Positions 11,159 through 23,110 of a stretch of DNA of 64,000 nt are shown piece after piece (the first letter of the stretch is position 1; the number at the start of each line of letters is the position of its first letter). Below the pieces are notes generated by a model that was not told the origin of the DNA, made no database searches, and saw nothing but the letters and a program-made list of their open reading frames with translations. This DNA is from Camelus ferus (taxonomy: Eukaryota). The stretch is taken from the NCBI RefSeq assembly GCF_009834535.1, contig NC_045697.1, positions 13,518,001-13,582,000 of the forward strand. Direction: 5' to 3'. Both the position numbers and the translations under genes were made by a program.

Positions 11159-11623
11159 TGTAGTGAACTGAATGGTACCCATCATCCTCTCCCTGACTAA
11201 AATATGGCCACATCTTAATCCTTGGAACATGTGAATGTGACCTTATTTGGAATAAGGGTCATTGTAATGTAATTAAGTTAGGGATATTGAGATGAGATTA
11301 TCCTGGATTATCTGGGTAGGGCCCCAAGTTCAGTGATATGTGTGCTTATAACGGATGCACAAAGGAGAAACACACTAAAGAGAAGGCCAGGTGAGGAGGA
11401 GGCATCAGTTGGAGTTGTACAGCTATGAGCCAAGGTGTACTCGGACCCACCAGAAGCTAGAAGAAGCAAGGAAGGGTTCTCCCCTAGTGCCTTCAGAGAG
11501 AGCATGGCCCTGCCAACACCCTGAGTTTGTGGTTCTGGCCTGAAGAGCAGTGAGAGAATAAATGTCTGGTTTTACATCAAGTTGTGTTAAATTGTTCTAT
11601 AGTGGCCCTGGGGAACTAACATA
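11159..11623 (+). mobile_element. MaLR solo LTR, MLT1C-like
   Basis: tgtagtgaactgaatgg..atgtgaatgtgaccttatttggaataagggtc..attatcctggattatctgggtagggccc..ccaccagaagctagaaga..gagagaataaatgtctg..aactaacata; degenerate 5-bp TSD ccctc/ctttc. Confidence 0.88.
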
Positions 11624-12159
11624 CTTTCTAAAGGCCTGGAGGGACCTGACTAGTGTGTTAACAGGTTTTTGTTTTTGTTTTTGTTTTTTACACTATTTCT
11701 CCTCTGTCACACGTTCATTTATATCAAGTGATAGTGGAGTGGTCACAAACGTTATTTGGTGGCTATGATATTATATTCGTCCTGATGTGGGAATGGCCAA
11801 CCACCTGGAAAAAATGAAGTTTTGACCCAGGAGGTTCCGGTGGGTCCTGAGAAAGAGATCATTTTCCACATGAGGATGTTGCAGGAGAGGTGTAATTGTG
11901 AAGAGGGTGGGGGAAGGGGCCCACCCATCCTTTTACCAGCTGTACCAGAGGTTGTAAATTGACAGCCAGCAAGCAGAGATCACCTATTGATATAATTTGT
12001 TTGGCCAAAAAAAAAAAAAAAAACTTTTTGTTGTTTATTCCAAGGATGCAGGAAGGTTGGGAGATTGTGATGGTCCCTCTGCTGGTCAGCAGTGTGATCT
12101 TGGGCAAGTTCATGAATTTTTTAACTGACCGTCAGTCATCTCATTCATTGCTTATGTTT

Positions 12160-12835
12160 TAATCAGTTTTATTGAGATTTAAGTTATATAACATAAACTG
12201 CATATATAAATATATATATATTTTTAAAGTAAAATTTGTTAAGTTTAGACAGAAAGTTTCAACCATAAGCCACTGCCACATCCAAGATTATAGAACATCT
12301 CCCCTAAAATTTTCCGAAGTCCACGGCCATCCCTCTCACCCTCCAGTCCTAGACTCTACCAGCAACTGATGTCTTTTAGTCACTGTAGGTTAGAATGACT
12401 TCTCTGGAATTTTATATAAATGGAGTCACATAACCTTAAATCTTCTGTGTATGGCTTTGGTTAGTCAGCATAATGATTTTAACATGTATTCATATTGTGC
12501 CTGTGTTAGAAGTTCATTCTTTTTGTTTTGGTTTTTTTTTTTTCAGTTAAGTAGCATTTCACTGCCTCATTTAAGTTGTCTGCAGTGGCCGGCTATTGTG
12601 AATAAAGCTGTTATATTACTGCACACAAGTCTTCAGGTGGACATTTGTTTAAATGTCTTTTGTGTGAACATATTTCTTAACTTTCTTTAAGAAACTCTTC
12701 TAGCCATCTTCCAGTGTGGTTATACAATTTTACATTCTCACCAGCAGTATTTGAGAGTTCCAGTGTGTCCACATTGTTGGCCAAACTTTGGTCTTGTGAA
12801 TCTTTTAAATTCTCCATCATAGTGGAAATACATAG
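12160..12835 (-). mobile_element. L1 (L1MB/MC-like) 3' fragment
   Basis: cagttttattgagatttaagttatataacataaactgca..aattttatataaatggagtcacata..ttacattctcaccagcagtatttgagagttccag. Confidence 0.8.
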
Positions 12836-13019
12836 TCAAAAGCCATGTTTTTAAACATTTTGTAAAATTAAAATCCCTTTGGGTAGCACTTGCCACTCTA
12901 ATTTTTGGGTGATTCCCAACATTAACAATGGACTGATGTTCCCATGTCACACCCACTGTACTGCCTGCCTGGCCCTGAAACCATCCACAGCAGAAGTTTT
13001 ATACATATTATCTTACTTT

Positions 13020-13215
13020 AACGTCCCATAAAGTATCTTCTTTTATTCTCTTAACAACTCTTAAGAAGTAGGTATTAGCAAGCCCCCCATTCACAGATAA
13101 GGAAGTCAGGGCCAAGAGGACATAGAGGTGTGAAGTCACACCCCTAAAAATAGCAGTCAGGATATGAACTCAAGTCTGTTTGGCTCTAAAACTGGGTGTT
13201 TCCCACACTGGCCTT
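13020..13215 (-). mobile_element. MIR fragment
   Basis: gtaggtattagc..cccattcacagataaggaagtcaggg..gtcacac..tatgaactcaagtctgtttggctctaaa. Confidence 0.75.
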
Positions 13216-13319
13216 CAGACAGTAGAAACCATACATGCAGAGGCAAAGAACTAGGGAAAGTGCGGGCATATTTAGAGAGCTGTCCTGATGGAGTGGGTCT
13301 TGTAAACAGGACTTACGGA

Positions 13320-14668
13320 TAGTCATGACCACCTATATAATTTGAAACATAACATAATGTTCCTTGTTCAAAATTCAGGACAAAGTTTTGTTAAAAGTAT
13401 TAAATATAAATTGTTCTTTTCTTCCACTCGTTAAGGTGTTTTATATTTAATGTCATTCTAAGCTAAGAAAAATTATAATTTAAAATTGTTAGCATAAATT
13501 ATTCTCGTCATCTTTATATTACACAATGCTAGTTTTAATTGAAAATATAAGTACATTTAAGTCGTATGTGGAATCACCAAAATAATGCAATCTGCATTTT
13601 GTAGCTCATGCATGCATGTGATTGTCTTTCTTACCAGAAAAAGGAAACACTGCCCAGAACTAACTCAACTGGTTTTATTTCGCTTTTCGATACGTGCACA
13701 CTCTACCAACATTCTCTACCTTCAGCTTCCTGATGATTAGGAAAGAACTGTAATAAATTAATAAACAAAAGCCCCAATTAAATAGAGTGGGGACACCGGA
13801 AGGGAGAGCTCTTATGCCCTGCAAGGACAGCAGCCCAACAGGAAGAAGAAAGACCCCTCTTTCCTGGCAGGGACTCAGCCAGTGAAAAGCAGTGGACTCT
13901 CTGTGCTCTGGAGTCCTCCCAACTTCCTTCTCCCCTCTATGAAAGCGCTCTCCTTCCCTTGTCATGTGGGGGCTTGCGGCTGGCTCGCCATGATGGTGGA
14001 CCCCAAACTGCAATTATCTACTGATCCCAAATAAACCTGTCTTTGTTGGAGAAATATCTGGCAGCCTATTTGTTTCAGATCATCAGAACTTAAAATAGAA
14101 GGAGCTATAAGTTGTCCTATCTTTTCCTTTCCTTTAATGCCATAATTTTCAATATAAGTGGTTGGCTAATATTGGGAAGTAATACCAGTAAGAAATATAA
14201 TAGCATTCCTTGGTCATTTGTCTTTCTCAGAACACCATTGCCTTCTTGTAGAAGAGAGCTCCAGTCTGAACAGGAAAAAACAAACAAAAACAAAAACAGA
14301 AAAACACATGGCCTCCCAAGGCTGTCAGGGTGCCCTTAATCAATCCACCAGGTAACACACTTATTTCACATTTACTTTGAGTCTTGCTGAACTCCCACAT
14401 GTCATGGTTCCACGGGAATCCTGTGCCCAAGGGGCATAATGAACACTTTATTCAAATGGAGTGGCAAGTGATGGCGGGCATTTATATTCATATATCTCTT
14501 CAGATTAGCGCCTGCTTTAAGACTTCACCTACAAAACACATTTTCAAGGAAATGTTATTAAGAACTTCAAGAGGGTAACAGCAGAGCATTCATTAAACTA
14601 AGCATGGAGACTTTTGAGTTCTGGGCCTTGAGTGACTGCACTGGTGGAATGGCCATGAATCCAGTTTT
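13320..14668. mobile_element. MER45B-like hAT-Tip100 DNA transposon, near full length, interrupted by an ERV1 LTR
   Basis: ttccttgttcaaaa..aatgtcattctaag..actaactcaactggttttatttc..ctctaccaacattctctaccttcagc | ttcctttaatgcc..gtggttggctaata..gacttcacctacaaaacaca..gggccttgagtgactgcactgg..ccatgaatccag follows the recalled MER45B consensus. Confidence 0.8.
13749..14085 (+). mobile_element. ERV1-class solo LTR (337 bp)
   Basis: TG...CA termini, exact 4-bp TSD GAAC (13745-13748 and 14086-14089), AATAAA near 14030; it splits the MER45B sequence. Confidence 0.85.
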
Positions 14669-14739
14669 TTGGATAGTGGAGAAATAAGAGCTAAGAACAA
14701 CTTATACAAGTGTGGTTTTTACTCAATCTCCCATCCCGT

Positions 14740-14850
14740 GGATAATTATTAGACATCTACAATGTGCTGAGCATGTTTTAGGTGTTTGGGATGCATCAGT
14801 GGAAGAGAAAAGAAAAGAAATCTCTGCCTTAATGGAGCTTACATTCTTCT
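14740..14850 (-). mobile_element. L2 fragment
   Basis: attattagacatctacaatgtgctgagcatgttttaggtgtttgggatgcatcagtg..tctctgccttaatggagcttacattct. Confidence 0.7.
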
Positions 14851-15372
14851 TTTCTTTGAGGAGTCAAGTCATGTAAAATTTGAACTATCTGTTCCTACTG
14901 GAGGAACATTCATGCCTAGAATTCAGCTAAAAGAAACCAGGCTTTTTATAAAATAATCTCATTATACAACTGGATTTTCCAAAACTGTGCATGTTGGAGT
15001 CCACTGTGTGATAAAAAGTGTTTTGTTCTTTTAATTTTCGTTTTCCCTGGTTTGAACACCAAAAGGGTTAAATGATTCTTGCCCATTTCTTTCCTTTATG
15101 TTTGCTTCTCTCTTGGCAATCTGTGTAAGCAAAAGCACGAATTAGATTTGTCTTAAATTTTCTGCATGTTTTGGTTATAAAAAGGTAATGCAACTCCTCA
15201 CCAGTTTCTTACAAAAATTAGCAACTGAGAGGGACTCTATTCTATAATTAATAAATCACTGATTGTGGTCACTGTTTTGGCAAATTCATTTTGCAGCAAG
15301 TTGAGCCATTAAGCAACAATCTACCTTAACTCTCTAAGAAAGGACATTGGAAAAATGAGACTTTTTCTAGCC

Positions 15373-15530
15373 CAGAAGTTCTCAGACTTTATCACCTGCA
15401 GAACTGGTTAAAACACAGATTGGTGGGCCCACCTGCAGTTTTGATTCAGTAGGAGAGGGATGGTGCTCAGATTATGCCTTAGTCTCCAGGTGATGCTGTC
15501 ACTCCTGGTGCCAGTAAGTACACTATCCTA
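15373..15530. mobile_element. MER5A-like hAT-Charlie element
   Basis: cagaagttctcagactt..ggttaaaacacagattggtgggcccacc..ttgattcagtagg..ccaggtgatgctg. Confidence 0.75.
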
Positions 15531-16054
15531 ATTGATGAAATTAGAAGACGGAGGGTCTAAATTTCCTTTATCACCTGAAACTTGTACAGGTTTTTTATAC
15601 ATAATGTCATGGGCTTGGGACCTGAACATTCTTTCTATTAACCAGGGAACAGTTTAAGAAGCTTAAGCTGAAACTATGATTTCTATCCTTGTCTCTCTAT
15701 TCACCAAGTGTGAGTGTGATTGTGTGAGCATGAATATGCGTGTGTGGAGAGGAAAGCATAGAATATGGTGAAAGAAAACATGTTTGCGTTAAAGAGAGTA
15801 GGCAAGGCTGAAGTTGAGTGTTTGTGTATGTTTGTATAAATAGATGTAAGCAGAGGATGGGGAAAGACAGAGATAAACAACGAAAAAGAGAAAAACACAT
15901 AAATGGATAGGAAAGAAAGAAGTTCCAGAAAAGTTACTCCATAGTCCTAAGCAGTTCCCACTTTAGAAATGAAAGAATAAAGGTATACTTAACAAAAATA
16001 TTATGATTAGGTCTTGATTATCTTGTAGAGTCTAGTAAAAAAAATAATATAATT

Positions 16055-16255
16055 TGTTGTCAAGTTATTATGTCAGGCACTTGACTACTTTATCTCATTT
16101 AGACTACACCATGATCCTTTGTGAAACATCTTTCTAGCTTCTTTTACAGGTGAGAAAATCTAATTTAAAAGAGGTTGAAGGGACCATCTTGGGTCACACA
16201 GTGAGTAAACAACTCGATTAGTATGTATTTGAAATCAGGGCGTCCTGGTTGGATG
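16055..16255 (-). mobile_element. MIR fragment
   Basis: tatgtcaggcacttg..tatctcatttag..cttttacaggtgagaaaatc..ggtcacacagtgagtaa..atttgaaatcagg. Confidence 0.65.
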
Positions 16256-17424
16256 TAGCTAAGATTTCACATGGGAGAGTTTTAAATAATTTAAAACAAA
16301 GCAGAAAGCTGAAGTTGGGTGCTGAAGAAATTCCTGGCTGTGAGTGAAATTGTTACGTTGTTATCCCAGTTGTCTATTCTTGTTTCTGAGTAACAGCTAA
16401 GTAATATTTTTACTGACAAGACCTGATAAAATGAAAAGTAATACAGCTGGAAGAGGTCTTCAGAGGTTCAGAAGCGGAGGTGTGTAGATTGACATGAGGC
16501 CAGGGGAAAATAGCCAGCATCTAAAGAGGCTCCCGCTTTGCTGGAAAATCTCTTAGCACATTTGATTTGTTGCCATGAGTTTCTAGAAATTATAACACTT
16601 CATCACAGTCTATTTGTTTCCAAAGTCAGATGACATCTCAGTCAAGAAAAGAAATTTCTGAATGGTGCAAATTTATTGATATATGAAAGTAGGTTAAAAT
16701 TTAATTTTTCTTTTGATAATTTCAAAATACTACTGGTGATAAACCAAGCTTTATTTATAGATTGTTTTCCTGTGATCACTCAAAAAGTATATTGTGAAAA
16801 GAATTTCTACTGTGAGTGTAATACATCATTATTAAGAAAAAATAAAGCATAAGTAAAAGAAAAGGAGAAAACTCCAATAGTGCTTATTATTAAGGTTTTT
16901 GTTATTTCCTTTCACTCTGCTACGTATGCATATAAGCTAGCACACCGAATAGATCTGTTCTTTGTCTTATATTTTTACCTAAAACTTTTGAGAATTAAAA
17001 AGTATACATATATATATGTGTGTTTATGTATATTTAAGCTTCATTTTCAATGTTTGTGAGTTCTTCTGTGAATTAGATATTTATTAAAGAGATATTCAGT
17101 TAATGTCACATAGGTGATTCTACATTTTGATGTGTCACCGGAAATTAACAGAACATTTTTAGGCATAAAACTATTTCCAGCAAGTTGGTTTATTTATTGA
17201 GATTACTTTCCAGAAGTACACCAGAAATGCATGAAAGTGCCTGTTTCATCACTGTTCTGCCAGTCCTGTCTTATGAACAGAGGTGGGTTTTCTATGTCGC
17301 CCATGGAGCTTAAAATCCAGCTAAGATGAAATTAACATGAAGAGACCTTTACTTGGGAGTTGGTGGCTGTCCTCCTCCCGGGCTCCTGCAGCACCGGACT
17401 CATTCTTTTATTATAGCTCTTACG

Positions 17425-17640
17425 CTTAATGGAGTTAGACTTCTTGAGTCTAAATTCTGGCTCTACCACGTATTGCCATGTGACCTTGAACAAGTCTTTG
17501 GACTTCAGTTCCTTTATCTATATGAGGGAAAAAGTAATAATGACAATACCTTCTTTCTATGGTTGCTGTGAGCTGATATATACAAAGCACTTGGAATACA
17601 TCCTGGGCACAGACTTCAGTCAATGTTTATTTTTTCACTG
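17425..17640 (+). mobile_element. MIR SINE
   Basis: ggagttagac..aattctggctctaccac..tgtgaccttgaacaagtc..cttcagttcctttatctata..aaagcacttggaatac. Confidence 0.8.
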
Positions 17641-18896
17641 TCATGACCAGCATTAACATGTTGGACTTCACCTTTTCATGTCTATCTTTCCCATTATTCC
17701 AGAAGCCCCTCCTGGGTAGTGAGGGTGTCTTGCTCATCTGGTCCCCAGCATCTGCACAGAAGAAGTGCTTCATAAGTATACAATGAACCAGTGAGTGGGT
17801 TAGTCAGAACCCCACCACCTATTCACATTCTCTAGTTACTTGAGAGTGACTAATGGGGACTTGGTTGTACTGACCTTCACAAGGGCTGAGGAAATATTTT
17901 TCTTCTTTTCTACTGAAGCAGTCAAGCTTAACCTTCACTTGTTAGGCTCTCTGCCAAGAAGAAGGCACAAAAGAGTACTTCATCCAACTTATGAAGGCAC
18001 AGTGAAAGTAAAGGCCCCACAGAGCCCTTGAGGGCACAAGGCGACTGCAGCTGGGGCGAGAAACAACCTGGTTAGATGCTCTGCAATCCTCCTCAAGGCA
18101 TCCCATCAAAGCAAGAGCACCAACGCAGAGGGAAAAAAAAAAAAACTGTGGATCCTATTTTAATCCTTTCAGGAGAACAAAATGATTTATCTTCCAGAAA
18201 CGAGGCATACATCATGCAATGCCATTTTGAAAACCCAGCAAGTCCAGGTTAGGTGAGGAGCATGACAGGCCCTGAGGGAAGTGTCAGTGGTGCTACGTAC
18301 CCAGCAGGGAGTCATCTCAGGGAAGATTGCTTCATTCCTCATAGTACGGGTCTCCAAAAGATGTTGACGTTTTCAGTATCACTTTGCTTAGCCATGTGTG
18401 CCTTTCGAATATTCACTTCTTTAGTGAATTCATACTTTTGTGATTTTTTTAAAGTAATAAATGCCTATTGCAAAACATGCCAAAATACAGAGCTGAAAAT
18501 AAAGAAGAGTCACCCTTCAAAAAGAACCACTGCTGAATTGTGGTGAATATTCCTAAAGTTTTCTGTAAATTTATAATTTACGGAACAAAGCCGAAATTAG
18601 CCAGGGAATTCCCACACTTCGCATTTTCCACACCTGTGAAACAGAATCCTGTCTGGGTCCTTCCATTTCTCTTTCTACTCCCTTTGTTCAGCCCTCCATA
18701 GGGTGTCCTCCCATGCCTAGAATCAGCCCTTTGGACATTAGATGTTCCAAATCAGGACAAGCAAGAGGGTTACTAGAAGAAGCTTTGGCTTGGACTAAGG
18801 GTAATGTCTGAGAGGAGAACCTGGAAGATGGAGGTGAGGGAAAGCTGGGGTATGGGTCGGAAGAGAAAATGAACATTTATTTAAAAATGAATGTTT

Positions 18897-19147
18897 CCAG
18901 CGGGGGAAGAAGGTGGGAAGGGATAAATTGCAAGTTCAAGATTTGCAGATGGTAATATATATAAAATAGATAAACAACAAGTTTATACTGTATAGCACAG
19001 GGAACCACATTCAATATCTTGTAGTAGCTTACGGTGAAGAAGAATATGAGAATGTATGTATGTTCCTGTGTGACTGAGTATTGTGCTGTACACCAGAAAT
19101 TGACTACAACATTGTAAACTGACTGTACTTCAATAAAAATTTATTTT
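18897..19147 (+). mobile_element. 5'-truncated lineage-specific L1 3' end (cetartiodactyl/camelid type) with TSD
   Basis: gggataaattg..atatataaaatagataaacaacaag..ctgtatagcacagggaac..ctgtacaccagaaattgac..gtaaactgactgtacttcaataaaa; 15-bp TSD taaaaatgaatgttt (18882-18896) / taataatgcatgttt (19148-19162), 2 mismatches. Confidence 0.88.
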
Positions 19148-20049
19148 TAATAATGCATGTTTAGGTGATATGACTTATCTTTATGGTGTTAGAGGAAAAC
19201 ATGAAAAATATTCATGTTATTGAAAGAAAAAAAATCATCATTTTGGTTTCCTAATAGTCAGGGTTTATAACGCTTGCTGAGGCAGAATTGAAATTCAGAG
19301 GTAACAGCTCATTGATGATATAAAAGTAGCTGTCAGTGTGAAATCAGCACAAGTGCCAGGCATGCAGACATAGGCGTGGGTAACAGTGGTGTCAGCATAG
19401 ACGTGTATTCATATAAGCATCGATATCAAGACTAGTAAAGCTTAGCTAAAGAAAGTGGGAAAGAGAGAGAGAGAAGTTTGAAACCAAAGCATATTATTTG
19501 AAAGCTTTCCTCAGCAAACATAAACTGAACATGGGTCCATTTCAATAAATCCTTTAGCTAAGATTTTTTTTTTTTCCATTAAAGGATCGGCCATCCACAC
19601 AAACCAGTTCAATTGAACAGGACTGTAGTAAAGTACATAGAGAAATAAGGGACTAGAAACACAACTCTTTTTTTCCATTAAAGAAGGTCCAAATTTCATG
19701 AAGATTGGAGCCAAGGAACTATCTGGATTCTCACCAGCTCTGGGATGTTAGTACTTGGAGCTTTGTGAAATAGCATGACAGCACAAAGATACGAGTTAGC
19801 TGTTAACTAGTGGACTTTTCTTTCTTGCTTTCTTCCAAACCATTATAAAATTTACTCATTATTTCTAGTTTAAATTTCTAAGATAGATGGATGAGAGAGA
19901 AGAGGGAGAGAAATTAATAATGTAGGAACCTGAATGGGCATGATATCAACTATAACCTCAATTTTAGAGCAGAGTTTATCGCACAAGGTCATGACACCCA
20001 TAGCTAACCAGCATAAGGATACATCACTGCCCTGGGCTGGCGGGACAGA

Positions 20050-20500
20050 GGGTAAGATATTTGTTTCATCCAGGACTGCAACTGAAATTAGAAAAAAGAA
20101 AAAGAGTTTATCAGCTTCACTTACTCATTACAACTTATGAGTTCATGGATAGTCCAGGTACAGATATGGCTGAATAACGTGGTCACATTATACCATCAGG
20201 AATACACTGGTCTTCATTTCCCAATTCTGTCTTTCCCTGTCCTGCCATCATTCTCTCAGGCTTCTTCCATAAGGTGACAAAAATAGCATTAGGTTTTCGG
20301 TTTATCAAGGGACAGATCAATACAATTGGAAGAGAATATTTTCCTTTAACTTCCAGCAGAATTCCTGTGCTTGTCTCTGACTCACCCAGCTTGATAAGTT
20401 ATATGCTCAGACCAAGGTCAATCGATGAGACTTGAGAAGTGAACTTATTATATTGGCAAAAATGGGGTTCCAGCCATGGGTTAGCCTCACCTAGGCCAGG
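20050..20500 (-). mobile_element. Degenerate MaLR LTR (MLT1J-like)
   Basis: tccaggtacagatatggctg..ccatcagg..cattctctcaggcttcttccataaggtgacaaaaatagc..tctctgactcacccagcttg. Confidence 0.45.
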
Positions 20501-20609
20501 TGGGTTTCCAAGTCAGGGAACTCCGGTCAGTGAATACTGGACAGGGAAACTCACCAGGAAAGAAACAGAGACATACTTGAACTGAGTAAATGAAAGATGA
20601 TCGTGGACG

Positions 20610-20950
20610 ATTGACAAAGGTGTGGACAGTACTTAGGAAATGTAACCAACAATGGGGGATGCCTCAGGGGTAGTCAAGACAGCCATTGTTATTTTAGTCC
20701 TGAAGAGGCGAGAAAGAAGCAGTTCCAGAACCCAGAGAGACATCTGTGTGAACTGGGCCTCCTGCCAAACACCCCTAACACCATAACATTTAATAGGGGG
20801 ACACAGCCAATTCATGATGACCTGACAGGACAGGAAATGCTGGAACAAATACTCTCAACTCAGACTTCCCTTATATTTTTTTCTGGGTACCTTGGATTCT
20901 CTCCCAGCCCAACTGCAAGCCAGAGGACCAGGATGCCGATCGTTGGTTAC
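20610..20950. mobile_element. ERVL LTR33-like fragment
   Basis: acaaaggtgtggacagtacttaggaaa..ggatgcctcagggg..cctgaagaggcgagaaagaagcagttccagaacccagagag; resembles the element at 30215-30670. Confidence 0.45.
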
Positions 20951-21574
20951 TTTCATTTCATGTATAGAGTGAAACAAGATGATCTTCTAGAAATAAATAT
21001 TCTTAAGAGTTTTGTGCATGAACTTTCAAACTTCTCTGTCCCTATAAAGTACACACCTACAAACATGCTCATGTACATACTGCATATACACATGTGTCTG
21101 TATAAATAAACACCTGCAAACACAGCACATATGCAAAATCATATATATGAACACATGTATGTATGTCTCTTACCAAGTGAGGTCACTTCAAATATATTGT
21201 TCTCTAACTTGTTATTAATTTAATAAAGTAGGGATGTCTTTCCCAGCCGATATACTTACATTTCTTAATTTTTAATTACATATAATGATTTTATTTTGAT
21301 TATAGATAAAAAACTTTATAACCTCACCGTAATTTATTAAGTCATTTCCTTACTGAGAGATTTTTAGTTTCTTTCTGTTTTCTATTACATACATTGCTTG
21401 CAATATATTTCCATGTGCTTATCTTTATGAACCCACGGGCTACTGGAGTCATGGTTATACAGATTTTTATGGCAATATCCTTCCTAATTATCTGCAAATA
21501 TTCAATTTCATCCATTTAAACATGAAAGATAGTTCACTCCCTACTTCTTTGCAAAATCTAAACGTTACCCATCC

Positions 21575-22030
21575 TGTACTAGTTTCCTGAGGCAGCCATT
21601 ATAAATCACCACAAACTGCAGGTCGTAAACAAGTTTTTCCACAATTCCAGTGGCCAGAAGTCTGAAATCAAAATGTTAGCTGTTGTCAGTTCCTTCCAGA
21701 GGCTCTGGAGGAGAATCTGCCCATTGCTCTCTCCCAGATCCTGGCGGCTATGGGCAACCCTTGGCATTTCTTTGCTTGTGGCTGTATCCCTCCCATCTCT
21801 GCCTCTGTCTTCCCGTGACTTTTCCCTCTATGTCTCTGTGTCTTCTCTTTTTCTGAAGTGTGAGGATACCTGTCATTGGATTTAGTGTGGGCCCTAACTC
21901 CAGCATGATCTCATTTCAATCTTCAATTTAATTTATCTGCAAAGACCCTATTTCCAAATAAAGTCACAGTCACAGGTGACGGGTTAAAATGCGGACATAC
22001 CTTGTTGGGAACACAATTCAACTGACTATA
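21575..22030 (-). mobile_element. MaLR LTR, MLT1C-like, inserted in old L1 sequence
   Basis: tgtactagtttcctgaggcagcc..ccagaagtctgaaatcaa..ggctctggaggagaatc..aacccttggcatt..ctgcaaagaccctatttccaaataaagtcaca..acacaattcaactgactata. Confidence 0.88.
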
Positions 22031-22188
22031 GTCTTTCACATTTTCTTTGGCCAGTCTCTGATAAAAGGCTACATCTTAAATATTGTTTTTATCAGCTTAT
22101 TTTGCCTTTCCTTCATAATTATTGAACGTTAGCTGCTTCTCATATTTTTATACATTGATGTCATTCTTACGTGAATTGCCTGGGAAGT

Positions 22189-22189
<1 letters not shown>

Positions 22190-22228
<39 letters not shown>
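22190..22228 (+). repeat. (GAT)13 trinucleotide microsatellite
   Basis: 13 perfect GAT units counted, followed by degenerate ggcgacgatggt. Confidence 0.95.
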
Positions 22229-22229
<1 letters not shown>

Positions 22230-22239
22230 GCGACGATGG

Positions 22240-22520
22240 TAAGAATACTTAAAACAAAATCTACTCTCTTAACCAGTTTTTAACTGTACAACATTATTGT
22301 TACAGGTGCAATGTTGTACAGCAAATCTCTAGAGCTTACTCATCTTGCTGAACTGACACTTTATGCCCATTCGTTAATAACTCCTCATTTCTCCCTCAAC
22401 CCAGCCCCTGACCACCACCATTCTACTTTGATTCTATGAATTTCACTATTTCAGGTACCTCACATAACTGAAATCATAGAGTGTTTGACTTCCTATGATT
22501 CGATTATTTCATTATTTTTT
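22240..22520 (-). mobile_element. L1MA9-like 3' fragment
   Basis: gtaagaatacttaa..atctactctcttaac..atgttgtacagcaaatctctagagcttactcatcttg..cccagcccctgaccaccaccattcta. Confidence 0.8.
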
Positions 22521-23110
22521 TAAATTATTTCTTGTTTTAATTAGTAGAGGGTTGAAATACATTATAGATAAGAGAACTATGTTATAAAATGCATTCAAAG
22601 CAATTTCTGTCATTTAGACTTTAACTGATACTGTCTTCTGCCACACAAAATTTATATTTTTTGAATAGTCAAACCTGTCAATGATTTTCTTTGTAAATTT
22701 GGGAGTTTACCTTATGCTTAAAAATTCTCAGGCTTATAAAAATGGTCCCCTGTAGCTCATACTAATTTTTCTTTTTAGTCTTTAAATTAAATCTTGAAAG
22801 CATGAAATCATTTGGAATTTATTTTTTGTGTGAGCTGTGTGGGAGAAAGGTGACACTTGCTTCAATATGAACAGCATTTTGTACCAAAATTATTATTGAA
22901 TATCCTATTATTTTCTCACTCTTTTGAAACATGTTTAGCTCATGAGATTTCCATTATACATTGCTCTGTTTCTGGATTATTGAATTTGGTTCCTAAGATT
23001 TATTTATCCTTATGCACGCCTTTTATATTGTTTTCTCCTTAGTATATTATAATTCTAAGAGCACAGGTGTACCTTCATTAGTCATATTTTTCAATATTTT
23101 CTTGGTCTCT

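Larger units (their letters stand above)
11092..12990. mobile_element. hAT-Tip100 (Arthur1-like) DNA element, fragmented by nested insertions
   Basis: caggcgcagatttatcataatgctcatgaaacttatgtctcgaggcctctcttgcatgggtcccctc | ttctaaaggcctggagggacc resembles the Arthur1 terminus split by the MLT1C LTR. Element-like sequence probably resumes at ~12840-12990 after the L1 piece. Confidence 0.45.
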
